34,755 nt of DNA from an uncultured bacterium (GCA_965371785.1 CBDUZS010000026.1:1-34755); one strand, 5' to 3'; positions 9,780-18,908 are shown, numbered from the stretch's first letter. Program-made: numbers and translations. Notes: a model not told the origin generated them from the letters alone.

Positions 9780-10624
9780 TCTCCGCTCCGGGGAAGTCTG
9801 GGGGCGATCCCTCTGAGAACCGACTGCAATCCCAGGTAATATCCACTGACAGCTTCCGGGTTTATCGCTGCGTATACAAACAACCGTAGAATGCACTTCA
9901 TGATGATCAGTCTTCTGACAGCATCAGCATTGGAAGAATCGTGATTCCTGAAGAACTCGAGCATGCCCCAGTGAAAACAGGAAAGCCTGGTGGAAGTGGC
10001 TCTTTCTGAGCCCTGCCGCTGTTCATGAACGAACCTGCTTCTCTCACAGAGATCAACGTTCATTCCCAGCATTTTTGCTCTCGCGAAGAGATCCACATCC
10101 TCGAAGAAGAGTGGAAATCTGCTGCCGAATCCCTCCAGCTGAAGAAAATCATCCCGATGGATCAGAATCAGAGAGCCCTGAAGCCAGTTCATCCGGTCTC
10201 TCCGCCAGAGAGTTTCCGCAGGTTTGAATATCTGTGACCTGACCCAGTGGATTGTCGGCCATATCCCGGTGGAACGCATCGGCCTTCCGGAAGAATCCAC
10301 GGTTCGTCCCCCCGTAAGGCTGCCAGAGGAGTGATGATCCATGATAGCTCTCAGCGATTCACTGTTCTCAGGCAGAGTATCCGGATTGGTAATGAGTACA
10401 ACCGGGTCGTCGCATTCCCTGACTGCGCGATTTATCCCCAGGCCAAATCCAGTGTTACCCGTGAAGGGCAGTACTTTCACATTACCATTGATCAAAGCCG
10501 GAATGTTGTTGCCGTTATCGGATATCACACATGAGGCGCCGGTCTCTGACCATTCCCGTGCCCAGTTCCTGACAGCTTCCGGGTTTCCGTATGCAACGGT
10601 AACCACAGTTACCGGTAACGACAA
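9776..10624 (-). CDS. Glycosyltransferase family 2
   Basis: VTVVTVAYGNPE N-terminus with DxD-type acidic motifs (FFEDVD); a GT-A fold. Confidence 0.8.
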   Translation of the reverse strand: MSLPVTVVTVAYGNPEAVRNWAREWSETGASCVISDNGNNIPALINGNVKVLPFTGNTGFGLGINRAVRECDDPVVLITNPDTLPENSESLRAIMDHHSSGSLTGGRTVDSSGRPMRSTGIWPTIHWVRSQIFKPAETLWRRDRMNWLQGSLILIHRDDFLQLEGFGSRFPLFFEDVDLFARAKMLGMNVDLCERSRFVHEQRQGSERATSTRLSCFHWGMLEFFRNHDSSNADAVRRLIIMKCILRLFVYAAINPEAVSGYYLGLQSVLRGIAPRLPRSGE

Positions 10625-10824
10625 ATGCTGTCCTCTCCGTTTTCAGGCTGTCCGGTGAGCCTTGTGGCAATATAGTTTATTTGCCCGGTCCCGTAGTTGG
10701 AAGCCAGGGGGCTTTCCTTTCCATTCGAGGGAAGCTATTACATAGCCCATTGACTTGTTCTGATCCGATTCCGTACAGGATTGTTCTGCCTTTTTTTATG
10801 ATGTGACAGACAGATGAGGTTTCA

Positions 10825-11763
10825 ATGACATTCCCGGAGAAAACTGCTCTTCCCTGCATTGGTGTGCTCCTCGTTAACTACAACCAGTGGGAAATTACGC
10901 GGAAGTGCGTGGAGTCTCTTCTTGAATCTCATGGAGTCCGTGTTGTCATAGGTCTTGTGGACAACAACTCCTCAGAGCCGACACCTGGATGGATAAGGGA
11001 TATGTCGGAGATCAGCTATTTCAGAAATCCGGGTAATTATGGTTTCATAGCCGGCAACATCAAGGCTTACGAAATGGTTATCAAACGGGATGTTGACTTT
11101 GTTATTCTGCTGAACAACGATACAGAAGTTGCACCGGATGCTCTTCATCTTCTCGTGACGCACTTCGAGAAACATCCCGACACAGGCCTCGCAACTCCAG
11201 TGATAACCTATGCCGAGGATAGAACTGTTGTCTGGCATGCTGGCGGGACCTTCATCCCCTGGCGAATGGGTGTGAAGCAGTTGTACAAAACAACTGCAGA
11301 TCTTCCGGAGAAGGCTGTTGAGGTCGATCAGATCTCCGGTTGCGCCATGATGATGCGGGTGGAGCTGTTCAAAAGGATAGGTTACCAGGATTCTGATCTA
11401 TTCATTTACCACGAGGATGTGGAACAGAGCCTCATGTCCTCTGAGATGGGGTTCAGGAACTACCTTGTCCCGAATGCCAGAGTTGTACACCATGTTTCCA
11501 TTACCGTAGGCGGTGTACTCTCTCCGTTTGCAGTTTACTTCACTCACAGAAACAGGTACATATTCGCAAATCGCAATCTGAAGGGGATGAACCTGTTTGC
11601 CTTCCGTTTCTACTACCTGGCCGTCACGCTGGCAAAAACGGTGATCTATCCCCTGAGGAAGTGTGGTAAACTAGTTTACTGGATGTGGCTCGGGCTGATG
11701 CATGGAGTGAGAAACAGACCGGACAAAAAACCGGATGGTCTTTTCCCCAAAGACACTGAATGA
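10825..11763 (+). CDS. Glycosyltransferase family 2 (rhamnosyltransferase/WbbL-like)
   Basis: GVLLVNYNQWEITRKCVESL, LVDNNS and ILLNNDTEV motifs of the GT2 family. Confidence 0.85.
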   Translation: MTFPEKTALPCIGVLLVNYNQWEITRKCVESLLESHGVRVVIGLVDNNSSEPTPGWIRDMSEISYFRNPGNYGFIAGNIKAYEMVIKRDVDFVILLNNDTEVAPDALHLLVTHFEKHPDTGLATPVITYAEDRTVVWHAGGTFIPWRMGVKQLYKTTADLPEKAVEVDQISGCAMMMRVELFKRIGYQDSDLFIYHEDVEQSLMSSEMGFRNYLVPNARVVHHVSITVGGVLSPFAVYFTHRNRYIFANRNLKGMNLFAFRFYYLAVTLAKTVIYPLRKCGKLVYWMWLGLMHGVRNRPDKKPDGLFPKDTE

Positions 11764-11800
11764 CAGTATCTGCCGTCCTCCGTTTACAGGGGGATGCCAG

Positions 11801-12439
11801 TCAGTTGTGTGACGGTTCAGCGAACAGGGATTTAATGGCTCCATGAGTCGTCTGCACTAATCCCAGGCTGCCCTCGAATCGGAGCATGACCACAAGACTG
11901 GACATCGTGCCGCTTACATCCTCGTACTCCCCTGAGATGGATCTTATCGTACCGGTGTTCCAGTGCCATGAGTAAAGGCACTCATCCTCGGTTTCCCCGT
12001 CGCTCCAGAGGAACTCTATCAGGAGATTGTCTTCTCCGTTGTACCAGTACGGCGTATCCAGTTCGAATACTTCCCATTCACCCGGATCGGGTGAAAGGGT
12101 AATGGAATCCCTTTCGAAGATCGTGGTCCTGGAACCTGGGATGTAGTTGTCATCGAAGACGGGCACGAGCACGTCATTCCCGGTAAGCCCCATGCAGATC
12201 TCGAAATCAAAGAAAATCCCGACCGCCGGATTCCCAGGAGAGTACCTCTTGCAGGCGATACTCTCCACGGTCATGGCGTTGCCCATCTCCTCATCGAGCA
12301 CTACCACCAGGTAGCGAAGGGACTCAGCTCAACCGATTCCCATCGGATTGCACCCCGAAACCTCTGGATTGCCGACGACGATCTCGGTGCAGAAACCTGC
12401 GGAAGCGATGAACAGCATCAGCAGAGTCAGTATTTTCAT
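11801..12439 (-). CDS. Secreted protein of unknown family, candidate selenoprotein (212 codons; in-frame TGA at codon 37, plus strand 12329..12331)
   Basis: ATG at 12439 (minus) is preceded by GGTGAT. It encodes MKILTLLMLFIASAGFCTEIVVGNPEVSGCNPMGIG, then TGA, then continues in the same frame as AESLRYLVVVLDEE... into the 168-aa ORF from the six-frame track. It is a paralog of 12464..13111. Its terminal stop is also TGA. Confidence 0.6.
12298..12317 (-). promoter_or_regulatory. SECIS-like RNA hairpin 11 nt downstream of the in-frame UGA of paralog 1
   Basis: Minus-strand RNA ucgcuacc-UGGU-gguagugc has a 7-bp stem including one G.U pair. 19 of 20 nt match the element in paralog 2. The spacer to the UGA is 11 nt (12318..12328). 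Confidence 0.5.
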
Positions 12440-12463
12440 CCCGGGATCACCAATCCCGGATCG

Positions 12464-13111
12464 TCAGTTCGACTGCAGGATCTTGATACCTGCAAAAGTG
12501 GTTGACTCGAGATCCAGGTAGTCACCTACAAGTTTCAACCTGCTCATCGCACTGGAAAGGCTGCCGGTAGGGACTGAAGGCGCGCCTGCTGCAGTCGCAG
12601 CAACAGCCCTGATTATTCCCGTATCCCAGCCGTACGTGTAGAAGCTCTGGTTGTCGACGGGAGATGACCAGGTCACTTCGATGAGGAGATTTCCCTGGCC
12701 AAACCAGTAAGTGAACGGCGTGTCGAGCTGAATCGTGCACCATTCACCGGCGCTGCCGCTGAAAACGTATGTATAACTGTCGAATACCTGTGTCCTGCTT
12801 CCCTCGACGTAGTTGTCTTCGAATGTGGAAACGAGCTGATCGCTTGCGCAGTATCCCATGTAGATCTTCACATCGTTGAATTCGGCAGACGGGTCAGCTG
12901 CGGGATGCACCTGCACTCCGACGTCGGTAATGTGAAGGTTGCCCCCGATCTCTTCGTCCAGCACTACCACCAGGTAGCGCATGGCCTCGAATCAAGATCC
13001 GCAGTAGGGATAGCTGCTTGCGGGACCGCCTTCCGGTCCGATGATCACTTCATCGGCCAGAACGACCGAGAAGAGTGTGACGAGCAAAAGGACTCCAACG
13101 GTGCTTCTCAT
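12464..13111 (-). CDS. Secreted protein of unknown family, candidate selenoprotein (215 codons; in-frame TGA at codon 40, plus strand 12992..12994; Cys-Gly-Ser-[UGA] motif)
   Basis: ATG at 13111 (minus) is preceded by AGGAGAGGGG. It encodes MRSTVGVLLLVTLFSVVLADEVIIGPEGGPASSYPYCGS, then TGA, then FEAMRYLVVVLDEE... (the 172-aa track ORF) in the same frame. The domain motifs FEDNYV.GSRT, GEW, LDTP and NLLIE are shared with paralog 1. Confidence 0.6.
12961..12980 (-). promoter_or_regulatory. SECIS-like RNA hairpin 11 nt downstream of the in-frame UGA of paralog 2
   Basis: Minus-strand RNA gcgcuacc-UGGU-gguagugc has an 8-bp stem including one G.U pair. The spacer to the UGA is 11 nt (12981..12991). 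Spacing and sequence match the paralog 1 element. Confidence 0.5.
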
Positions 13112-13324
13112 ACTGCCCCTCTCCTTATTTCCCACTTGTTTGATATGTATTGATTTGCGAAATTAGAATAACGAGGCAATGACATAAGGTCAACCTTCCC
13201 TCTGTGATGCGTTGACAAAGACCTTCTGCGAATGACGAACAGTCATTTTCAGCACTACAAAGGTAGGAAATTGAACTCCGGTTGTTTATCTTACACGGGT
13301 ATTTTTCTTGCCGGGGAGCCCGAT

Positions 13325-15208
13325 ATGTGTGGAATTGCAGGAATCGTTTCAAAGGACATGCCTGGAGAGGAAATCCTCGCGAGGCTGAACAGAATGTCCT
13401 GTATACAGAAGCACAGGGGGCCGGATGAAACTAGAGCGCTTCTTCTACAGAAACCCTTTCGAGCCGGTTTCGGCTTCACGAGGCTCTCGATCCTCGATCT
13501 CGAAACGGGTATGCAGCCGATCACGTCCAGGGCAGACGGCACGACGATCATGTGCAATGGACAGGTATACAATTACTGTGAACTGAAATCACAGGTCAGT
13601 GATGAAGATTTCGTCTCGAGGGGTGACATCGAGGTTGCCCTTCATCTCTACAGAAAGCACGGAACCGATTTCCTCGGCATGCTGAACGGCATGTATGCGG
13701 GAGCAATCTATGATCCCCTGGAGAGAAAACTCCTTCTCTTCAGAGACCGCTTCGGGATCAAGCCGCTCTACTACGCAGTGATTGGCAGCAGTTTCGTCTT
13801 CTGTTCCGAAATCCGCCCGATCCTTGACGGGTTCGGAATGAGAGCAGAGCTCGATACCGCCCTGCTCCCCGTCTTCTTCACGTACAGATACATCCCCGGG
13901 GAACAGACGATGTTCAGGGGAATAAGGCGCCTTCCGCCAGGCTCTTATCTCGAGCTGGACCCGGACTCTGGTGACATCGGAATCAGCAGGTACTGGGAGT
14001 ATCTGCCGGGGAGGCATGTAACTTCGCAGACAATCGATGACGCTTCCGACAGGTTCGTCTGTCTGTTCAGGGACGCCGTGAAGATCAGAATGCGTTCCGA
14101 CGTCGAGGTGGGCACTTTTCTGTCGGGCGGCATCGATTCCTCGGCGGTTACCACGGAGAGCGCCGTTCATAATCCTGATATCAGGATGTTCACTATCTCA
14201 TACGGCGAGAAGACGTACAACGAACTCCCCGCAGTCGACCGCTTCGTAAGGAAGAACTCCCCCGCACTCGCTAATGCCCGGCACTTCACCAGCCTCTGCT
14301 CGAGGGAATCGATGGCACGGCTGCCTTCGATAGTGAAGGCAATGGAAGAACCTTTGTCACTTGGAACGCTTCTGCCCACGGATCAGATATGCAGCAGTGC
14401 TTCGGAGCACCTGAAAGTTGTCATGACCGGGGAAGGAGCGGATGAGATATTCGCAGGTTACCGGAAATTCATGCTTGAAATGGCTGCTGCCGACTACGGA
14501 CAACTCTCTGCCGGGGAGAGAACGGACCTGGAGAGTAAGTATCCGGAGCTGATTCCGTACATGGAAATAAGGGATCCGGATCCGGTCAGACGGTTCGTGC
14601 AGAGCGAGGAGCTGTTCTCAGCCACAGAGCTGGAATCCCTCCTCGGGGAGGCACCGGAGCACTCTCTGTATCCTCGCGATGCCATTCCCGCTCTCACTGG
14701 AGGAGTGCACCCGCTCAACGCGGCAATAGCGATGGAATGCCAGTCAAGGCTGCCAAATTACGTCATTCTGCGTCTGGACAAACTCTCCATGCGGCATTCA
14801 CTGGAGACGAGAACGCCTTTCCTCGATTACAGGCTGGCCGAATTCGCAGCGGAGCTGCCCGTTCACCTGAAAGCAGACCTCGCTCTGGACAGGGGAAAGA
14901 GTATCTGCAGGCATGCCTTTCACCGCAGCTCGATTCTCGACCAGGAAACAGCCTTCAGAAGGAAGAAACCGTTTACGATTCCCATGGCTGACTGGCTTGC
15001 TTCACCCGACACACTGCCGGATCCACTTCAGGATATCCTCCTGGGATCGGTTGTGGGGCAGCAGGGAATCCTCGATGCTGAACACGTTCGTAATCTGGTG
15101 TCAGATGTTTCCACTAAAGGTGTTGGGCCTGAAACGCTGGTCTCTGGAGCGGACAGAGTTTTTGCTGTGCTCGTCTTCTCACTCTGGTATGAAGAGTTCT
15201 TTCAATGA
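13325..15208 (+). CDS. asnB: Asparagine synthetase (glutamine-hydrolysing) family amidotransferase, AsnB/WbpS-like
   Basis: N-terminal MCGIAGI (class II glutamine amidotransferase nucleophile Cys2). The SGGIDSS PP-loop lies in the synthetase domain. The ATG is preceded by GGGGAG. Confidence 0.85.
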   Translation: MCGIAGIVSKDMPGEEILARLNRMSCIQKHRGPDETRALLLQKPFRAGFGFTRLSILDLETGMQPITSRADGTTIMCNGQVYNYCELKSQVSDEDFVSRGDIEVALHLYRKHGTDFLGMLNGMYAGAIYDPLERKLLLFRDRFGIKPLYYAVIGSSFVFCSEIRPILDGFGMRAELDTALLPVFFTYRYIPGEQTMFRGIRRLPPGSYLELDPDSGDIGISRYWEYLPGRHVTSQTIDDASDRFVCLFRDAVKIRMRSDVEVGTFLSGGIDSSAVTTESAVHNPDIRMFTISYGEKTYNELPAVDRFVRKNSPALANARHFTSLCSRESMARLPSIVKAMEEPLSLGTLLPTDQICSSASEHLKVVMTGEGADEIFAGYRKFMLEMAAADYGQLSAGERTDLESKYPELIPYMEIRDPDPVRRFVQSEELFSATELESLLGEAPEHSLYPRDAIPALTGGVHPLNAAIAMECQSRLPNYVILRLDKLSMRHSLETRTPFLDYRLAEFAAELPVHLKADLALDRGKSICRHAFHRSSILDQETAFRRKKPFTIPMADWLASPDTLPDPLQDILLGSVVGQQGILDAEHVRNLVSDVSTKGVGPETLVSGADRVFAVLVFSLWYEEFFQ

Positions 15209-16152
15209 TGGAGGAAGGCAGAATCCTGGATCACTACACAAACGGCCTTCTTTCTCTCCTAAGCGGCGGCTCGGCTGATGGACCGCGAACGTACGGCTTC
15301 GAGTACGAATTCCTTCCCGGGCAAATCCTGGATCTCAACGATATGAATGCCATCTACGAGTTCCTTCGCTCGATGGAATTCAGCGGGAAAGACGGGATCT
15401 TCTCGGGCTGTGCCGGAATGGGGATTGCGTTCGAACCGGGAGGACAGATCGAGTTCAGCAGTATTCCCCTTACCGCGACGGACCATGATGTGTTCACCTG
15501 TCAGCTCGAGAGGATCAGAAACGTCCTTGCGGGACTGCGAAACAAGCTGGGAATCGAGTACATCGGGACGGCATACGTGCCAGGCCGTGAGTCTGCCCCG
15601 CTCGTCCTCCTGAGCAGGCGTTACCGGCTGCTCCATGAACGTTTGGGCATATCCGGAACCAGGGGCATGGAGATGATGAAGGGAACGGCAGCAGTCCACC
15701 TGCACATACGGGTGAAGAAACCATCTGAGCTGATCCCGTTGTTCGATGTAATGCTGACCCTGTCGAGAGAAAAGGATTTCATGCTCTCGCCACAGAGAAG
15801 GGATATCTGGGAGAACACCGACGACAGCAGGTGTGGTCTGCCATTCACAGACGTATCCGGTTTCGCGACTCCCGAAGACCTTCTGAAGGGACTGGTCAGG
15901 TTCGTTCTGGACGCGGCGGAACTGCAATCGGGACGCCGGTTCGGAGATCTGGAGAACGTGACCTTTGATGATTTTCTCAACCACATGACCACCATCTTCA
16001 CGGACATCAGACTGAACCTGAAGGGCCCATCGGTTGAACTGAGAACTCCCGACAGCCTTCCTCTCGACAAATTTCCCGATCTCTGGCATACGTTCGTTTC
16101 CCGCGCAGAGAAGCACATGCAGGACTGGCAGGACAAGGTCACAAGTATTTAG
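15205..16152 (+). CDS. Glutamate-cysteine-ligase family 2 (GCS2/YbdK-like) carboxylate-amine ligase
   Basis: N-terminal YGFEYEF acidic motif and HLHIRV motif resemble the GCS2 fold. The ATGATG start overlaps the asnB-like stop (ATGA). The family assignment is tentative. Confidence 0.5.
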   Translation: MMEEGRILDHYTNGLLSLLSGGSADGPRTYGFEYEFLPGQILDLNDMNAIYEFLRSMEFSGKDGIFSGCAGMGIAFEPGGQIEFSSIPLTATDHDVFTCQLERIRNVLAGLRNKLGIEYIGTAYVPGRESAPLVLLSRRYRLLHERLGISGTRGMEMMKGTAAVHLHIRVKKPSELIPLFDVMLTLSREKDFMLSPQRRDIWENTDDSRCGLPFTDVSGFATPEDLLKGLVRFVLDAAELQSGRRFGDLENVTFDDFLNHMTTIFTDIRLNLKGPSVELRTPDSLPLDKFPDLWHTFVSRAEKHMQDWQDKVTSI

Positions 16153-16213
16153 ATTGTGCTGCAGACAGCCCCTGAACTGAATATCAACGAAAGTGGAAAA
16201 GGAAGTACCCCGT

Positions 16214-17887
16214 ATGGCTGCCCCTGGAATGGAAGCAACCGATTTCATCAGATCAATTGTCGAACATGATGTACGGAACGGCAAGCACGATGGCCGAGTC
16301 CACACACGGTTCCCTCCCGAACCGAATGGATGCATGCACATCGGGCACGCAAAGGCTATCTGTCTGGATTTCAGTATTGCCACGGAGTTCGGGGGACTCT
16401 GCAATCTGAGGTTCGATGACACGAACCCGACGGGAGAGAACCCCGAATACGTCGAATCGATAAAGAAGGATATCCGATGGCTGGGATTCGACTGGGGGAA
16501 CCGCCTCTTCTACGCTTCAGACTACTTCGACAGGATGTACATGCTTGCCGAAAAGCTCATCGAGAAGGGAAGCGCATACGTCTGCGATCTCTCTCCGGAG
16601 GAGGTCCGGGAACACAGGGGAACTCTAACCGAGCCCGGAAGGAACAGCCCTAACAGAGATCGGTCGATCGAGGAGAACCTGGATCTCTTCAGAGGGATGC
16701 GGGCAGGGAAATTCGAAGAGGGTTCGCGTACTCTCAGAGCGAAAATCGACATGTCCCATCCCAATATGAACATGAGGGATCCTGCTATTTACAGGATTCT
16801 CTCGGACAGTCACCACAGGACAGGTGAACGGTGGTCTATCTACCCCATGTACGACTACGCACATTGCCTCGAGGACTCGATAGAGGAAATAACACATTCG
16901 CTGTGTTCGCTCGAATTCGAGGATCACAGACCTCTCTACGACTGGTTCCTCGATCAACTCGACATCTTCCATCCGCAGCAGATCGAATTCGCAAGGCTCA
17001 ATCTCACGTACACTATCATGAGCAAGAGACACCTCAGGCGGCTTGTCGAAGAAGGCTGCGTCAACGGTTGGGACGACCCACGGATGCCCACGCTGTCCGG
17101 ACTGAGACGAAGGGGAGTCTCGCCCCGCTCCATCAGGAATTTCATCTCCAAGATCGGCCTTGCCAAGAGAGACAGTGTCGTGGACATGGCTCTGTTCGAG
17201 TACTGCATCAGGGAAGACCTCAACAGAAGCGCACCGCGGGTCATGGGTGTTCTCGACCCCCTCAGGCTGGTAATAGACAATTACCCCGAGGATCGGATCG
17301 AGGAATTCGATTTCATCAACAATCCAGAGGACGAATCTGCGGGAACCAGAAAGGTCCCCTTCTCCAGAGTGCTCTACATCGAGCGGGATGACTTCATGGA
17401 GGACCCCCCCCGAAAATTCTTCAGGCTTGCCCCGGGGAGGGAGGTCCGTCTCAGGTACGCCTACATGATCACCTGCAGGAGCGTGATCAGAGATGAATCC
17501 GGAAACATCACAGAACTCCGCTGTACGTATGATCCTGACACCCGGGGCGGGAACGCGCCCGACGGCAGGAAGGTCAGAGGTACTCTTCACTGGGTATCGG
17601 CATCACATTCGGTGAGCGCAGAAGTCAGACTGTTCGACAGGCTTTTCACAGTTGAGAATCCTCTGACGGATGAGAACCTGATCGACTTCATCAATCCTGA
17701 TTCCCTCGTCGTCCTGAAGGACTGCCGTGTCGAACACTGGCTGAAGAATGCGGTTCAGGGTGAAGTGTTCCAGTTCGAGCGCAAGGGTTACTTCTGTGTC
17801 GATGAGGATTCCTCCCCGGACGGTCTTACATTCAACAGGACCATCTCCCTCAGGGATACATGGGCCAGGATCAGAGGAAAGAAGTAA
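16214..17887 (+). CDS. glnS: Glutaminyl-tRNA synthetase
   Basis: [16 protein letters not shown] (HIGH motif), TIMSKR (KMSKS motif) and near-colinear similarity to E. coli GlnRS throughout. The ATG at 16214 is preceded by AAGGAAG. Confidence 0.95.
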   Translation: MAAPGMEATDFIRSIVEHDVRNGKHDGRVHTRFPPEPNGCMHIGHAKAICLDFSIATEFGGLCNLRFDDTNPTGENPEYVESIKKDIRWLGFDWGNRLFYASDYFDRMYMLAEKLIEKGSAYVCDLSPEEVREHRGTLTEPGRNSPNRDRSIEENLDLFRGMRAGKFEEGSRTLRAKIDMSHPNMNMRDPAIYRILSDSHHRTGERWSIYPMYDYAHCLEDSIEEITHSLCSLEFEDHRPLYDWFLDQLDIFHPQQIEFARLNLTYTIMSKRHLRRLVEEGCVNGWDDPRMPTLSGLRRRGVSPRSIRNFISKIGLAKRDSVVDMALFEYCIREDLNRSAPRVMGVLDPLRLVIDNYPEDRIEEFDFINNPEDESAGTRKVPFSRVLYIERDDFMEDPPRKFFRLAPGREVRLRYAYMITCRSVIRDESGNITELRCTYDPDTRGGNAPDGRKVRGTLHWVSASHSVSAEVRLFDRLFTVENPLTDENLIDFINPDSLVVLKDCRVEHWLKNAVQGEVFQFERKGYFCVDEDSSPDGLTFNRTISLRDTWARIRGKK

Positions 17888-17908
17888 TTGAACCGCAGTC
17901 GGTGCGGA

Positions 17909-18826
17909 ATGCTCGGAGAAGAAACGCGTTACCTGTACGCGGGTAGGAGAGCTATTACTCTCCTGGTTGCCGGAATCTTGCTCTCCTGTGGGGAATCGGT
18001 TCCCGAGGAAGCTGGAAACGGGCCATACTGGAACCCGGGACTCTACGAAGGTCTGGTCACGGCTCCGGGTATGATCGATATCAATACGTCACTGGTTCTT
18101 CGAGAGGATGGAACCGGACTCATTCTGATCGATGCATTCCAGGGATTCTTCAACGGTCCTGCCGACATCGATTCCTTCACGGATTCCACGTTGACGATTT
18201 CTTTCCGCGATGGTGACGGTCAGGATATTCTGGCGGAGCTTGAGTACGTATCGGATTCTCTCAAAGGCTACTGGCACTACAAGGCTGAGGAGGGCGGCTT
18301 TTCAGGTGAAATCCATCTGGCGTTCGCATCCGCGGACATCCCAACAGACGAGGATTTCTTTGCAGCCAGTCTGTTCGTGCCGGCCGACTTCGAAATCCCG
18401 GAAGGACTCGAAACGGAATGGTGCCGCCTGAGGATGCTGTCAGTCGATGATGTCGAACTCGACTACGAAGCCGTCATGTCCAGCGGTGAACGGCTCAGAG
18501 AGTTATCCGGAGGAACGTGGCCGGAACAGAATATGACAATCGAGGAAGACCTGTCGGATCTGGAAATGCATCAGAGTGAGCATGAATCACGGGTAGCCTT
18601 CACTTACACCATCATCTCACTCGACGAGGACAGCATTCTCGGCTGCGTCTACATCATGCCGCCCAGGCCGGGAGACGACATCGATGCAGCAGTCCAGTTC
18701 TGGCTTCGTCAGAACCTGGATGAAAAAGGTATGGGTCCTGTCTTCTACGATATCATCCGGAAATGGATAGCGGAAGAATGGCCCTTCGAAGACGTACTTT
18801 ACCCTCGGAGAGACGAGCAGCCCTGA
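17909..18826 (+). CDS. Hypothetical (lipo)protein with N-terminal signal peptide
   Basis: The N-terminus reads ...RRAITLLVAGILLSCGES, a lipobox-like LLSC. The body is acidic. I do not recognise the family. The start is uncertain (TTG 17888 or ATG 17909). Confidence 0.45.
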   Translation: MLGEETRYLYAGRRAITLLVAGILLSCGESVPEEAGNGPYWNPGLYEGLVTAPGMIDINTSLVLREDGTGLILIDAFQGFFNGPADIDSFTDSTLTISFRDGDGQDILAELEYVSDSLKGYWHYKAEEGGFSGEIHLAFASADIPTDEDFFAASLFVPADFEIPEGLETEWCRLRMLSVDDVELDYEAVMSSGERLRELSGGTWPEQNMTIEEDLSDLEMHQSEHESRVAFTYTIISLDEDSILGCVYIMPPRPGDDIDAAVQFWLRQNLDEKGMGPVFYDIIRKWIAEEWPFEDVLYPRRDEQP

Positions 18827-18908
18827 AACCGATGTTCTCAGCGGCGAGGGGCTACCGAGCCATTGACATCCAGCGCGGTCAGGATTTTCTTCCATCAAGG
18901 GGGATGTT

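Noticed and set aside
12019-12743. ORFs 12019..12210 and 12522..12743 nested in the candidate selenoprotein genes
   Set aside because: They are alternative frames of the same strand within conserved paralogous coding sequence and have no RBS. They are spurious.
11801-13111. Possibility that UGA is reassigned genome-wide (for example UGA=Gly or Trp codes), which would make the in-frame TGAs trivial
   Set aside because: clpB, trmFO, the first glycosyltransferase (7196..8227), asnB and both paralogs themselves terminate with TGA at the expected protein ends. Long conserved genes (clpB, glnS, asnB) contain no internal TGA. TGA is therefore a normal stop here.
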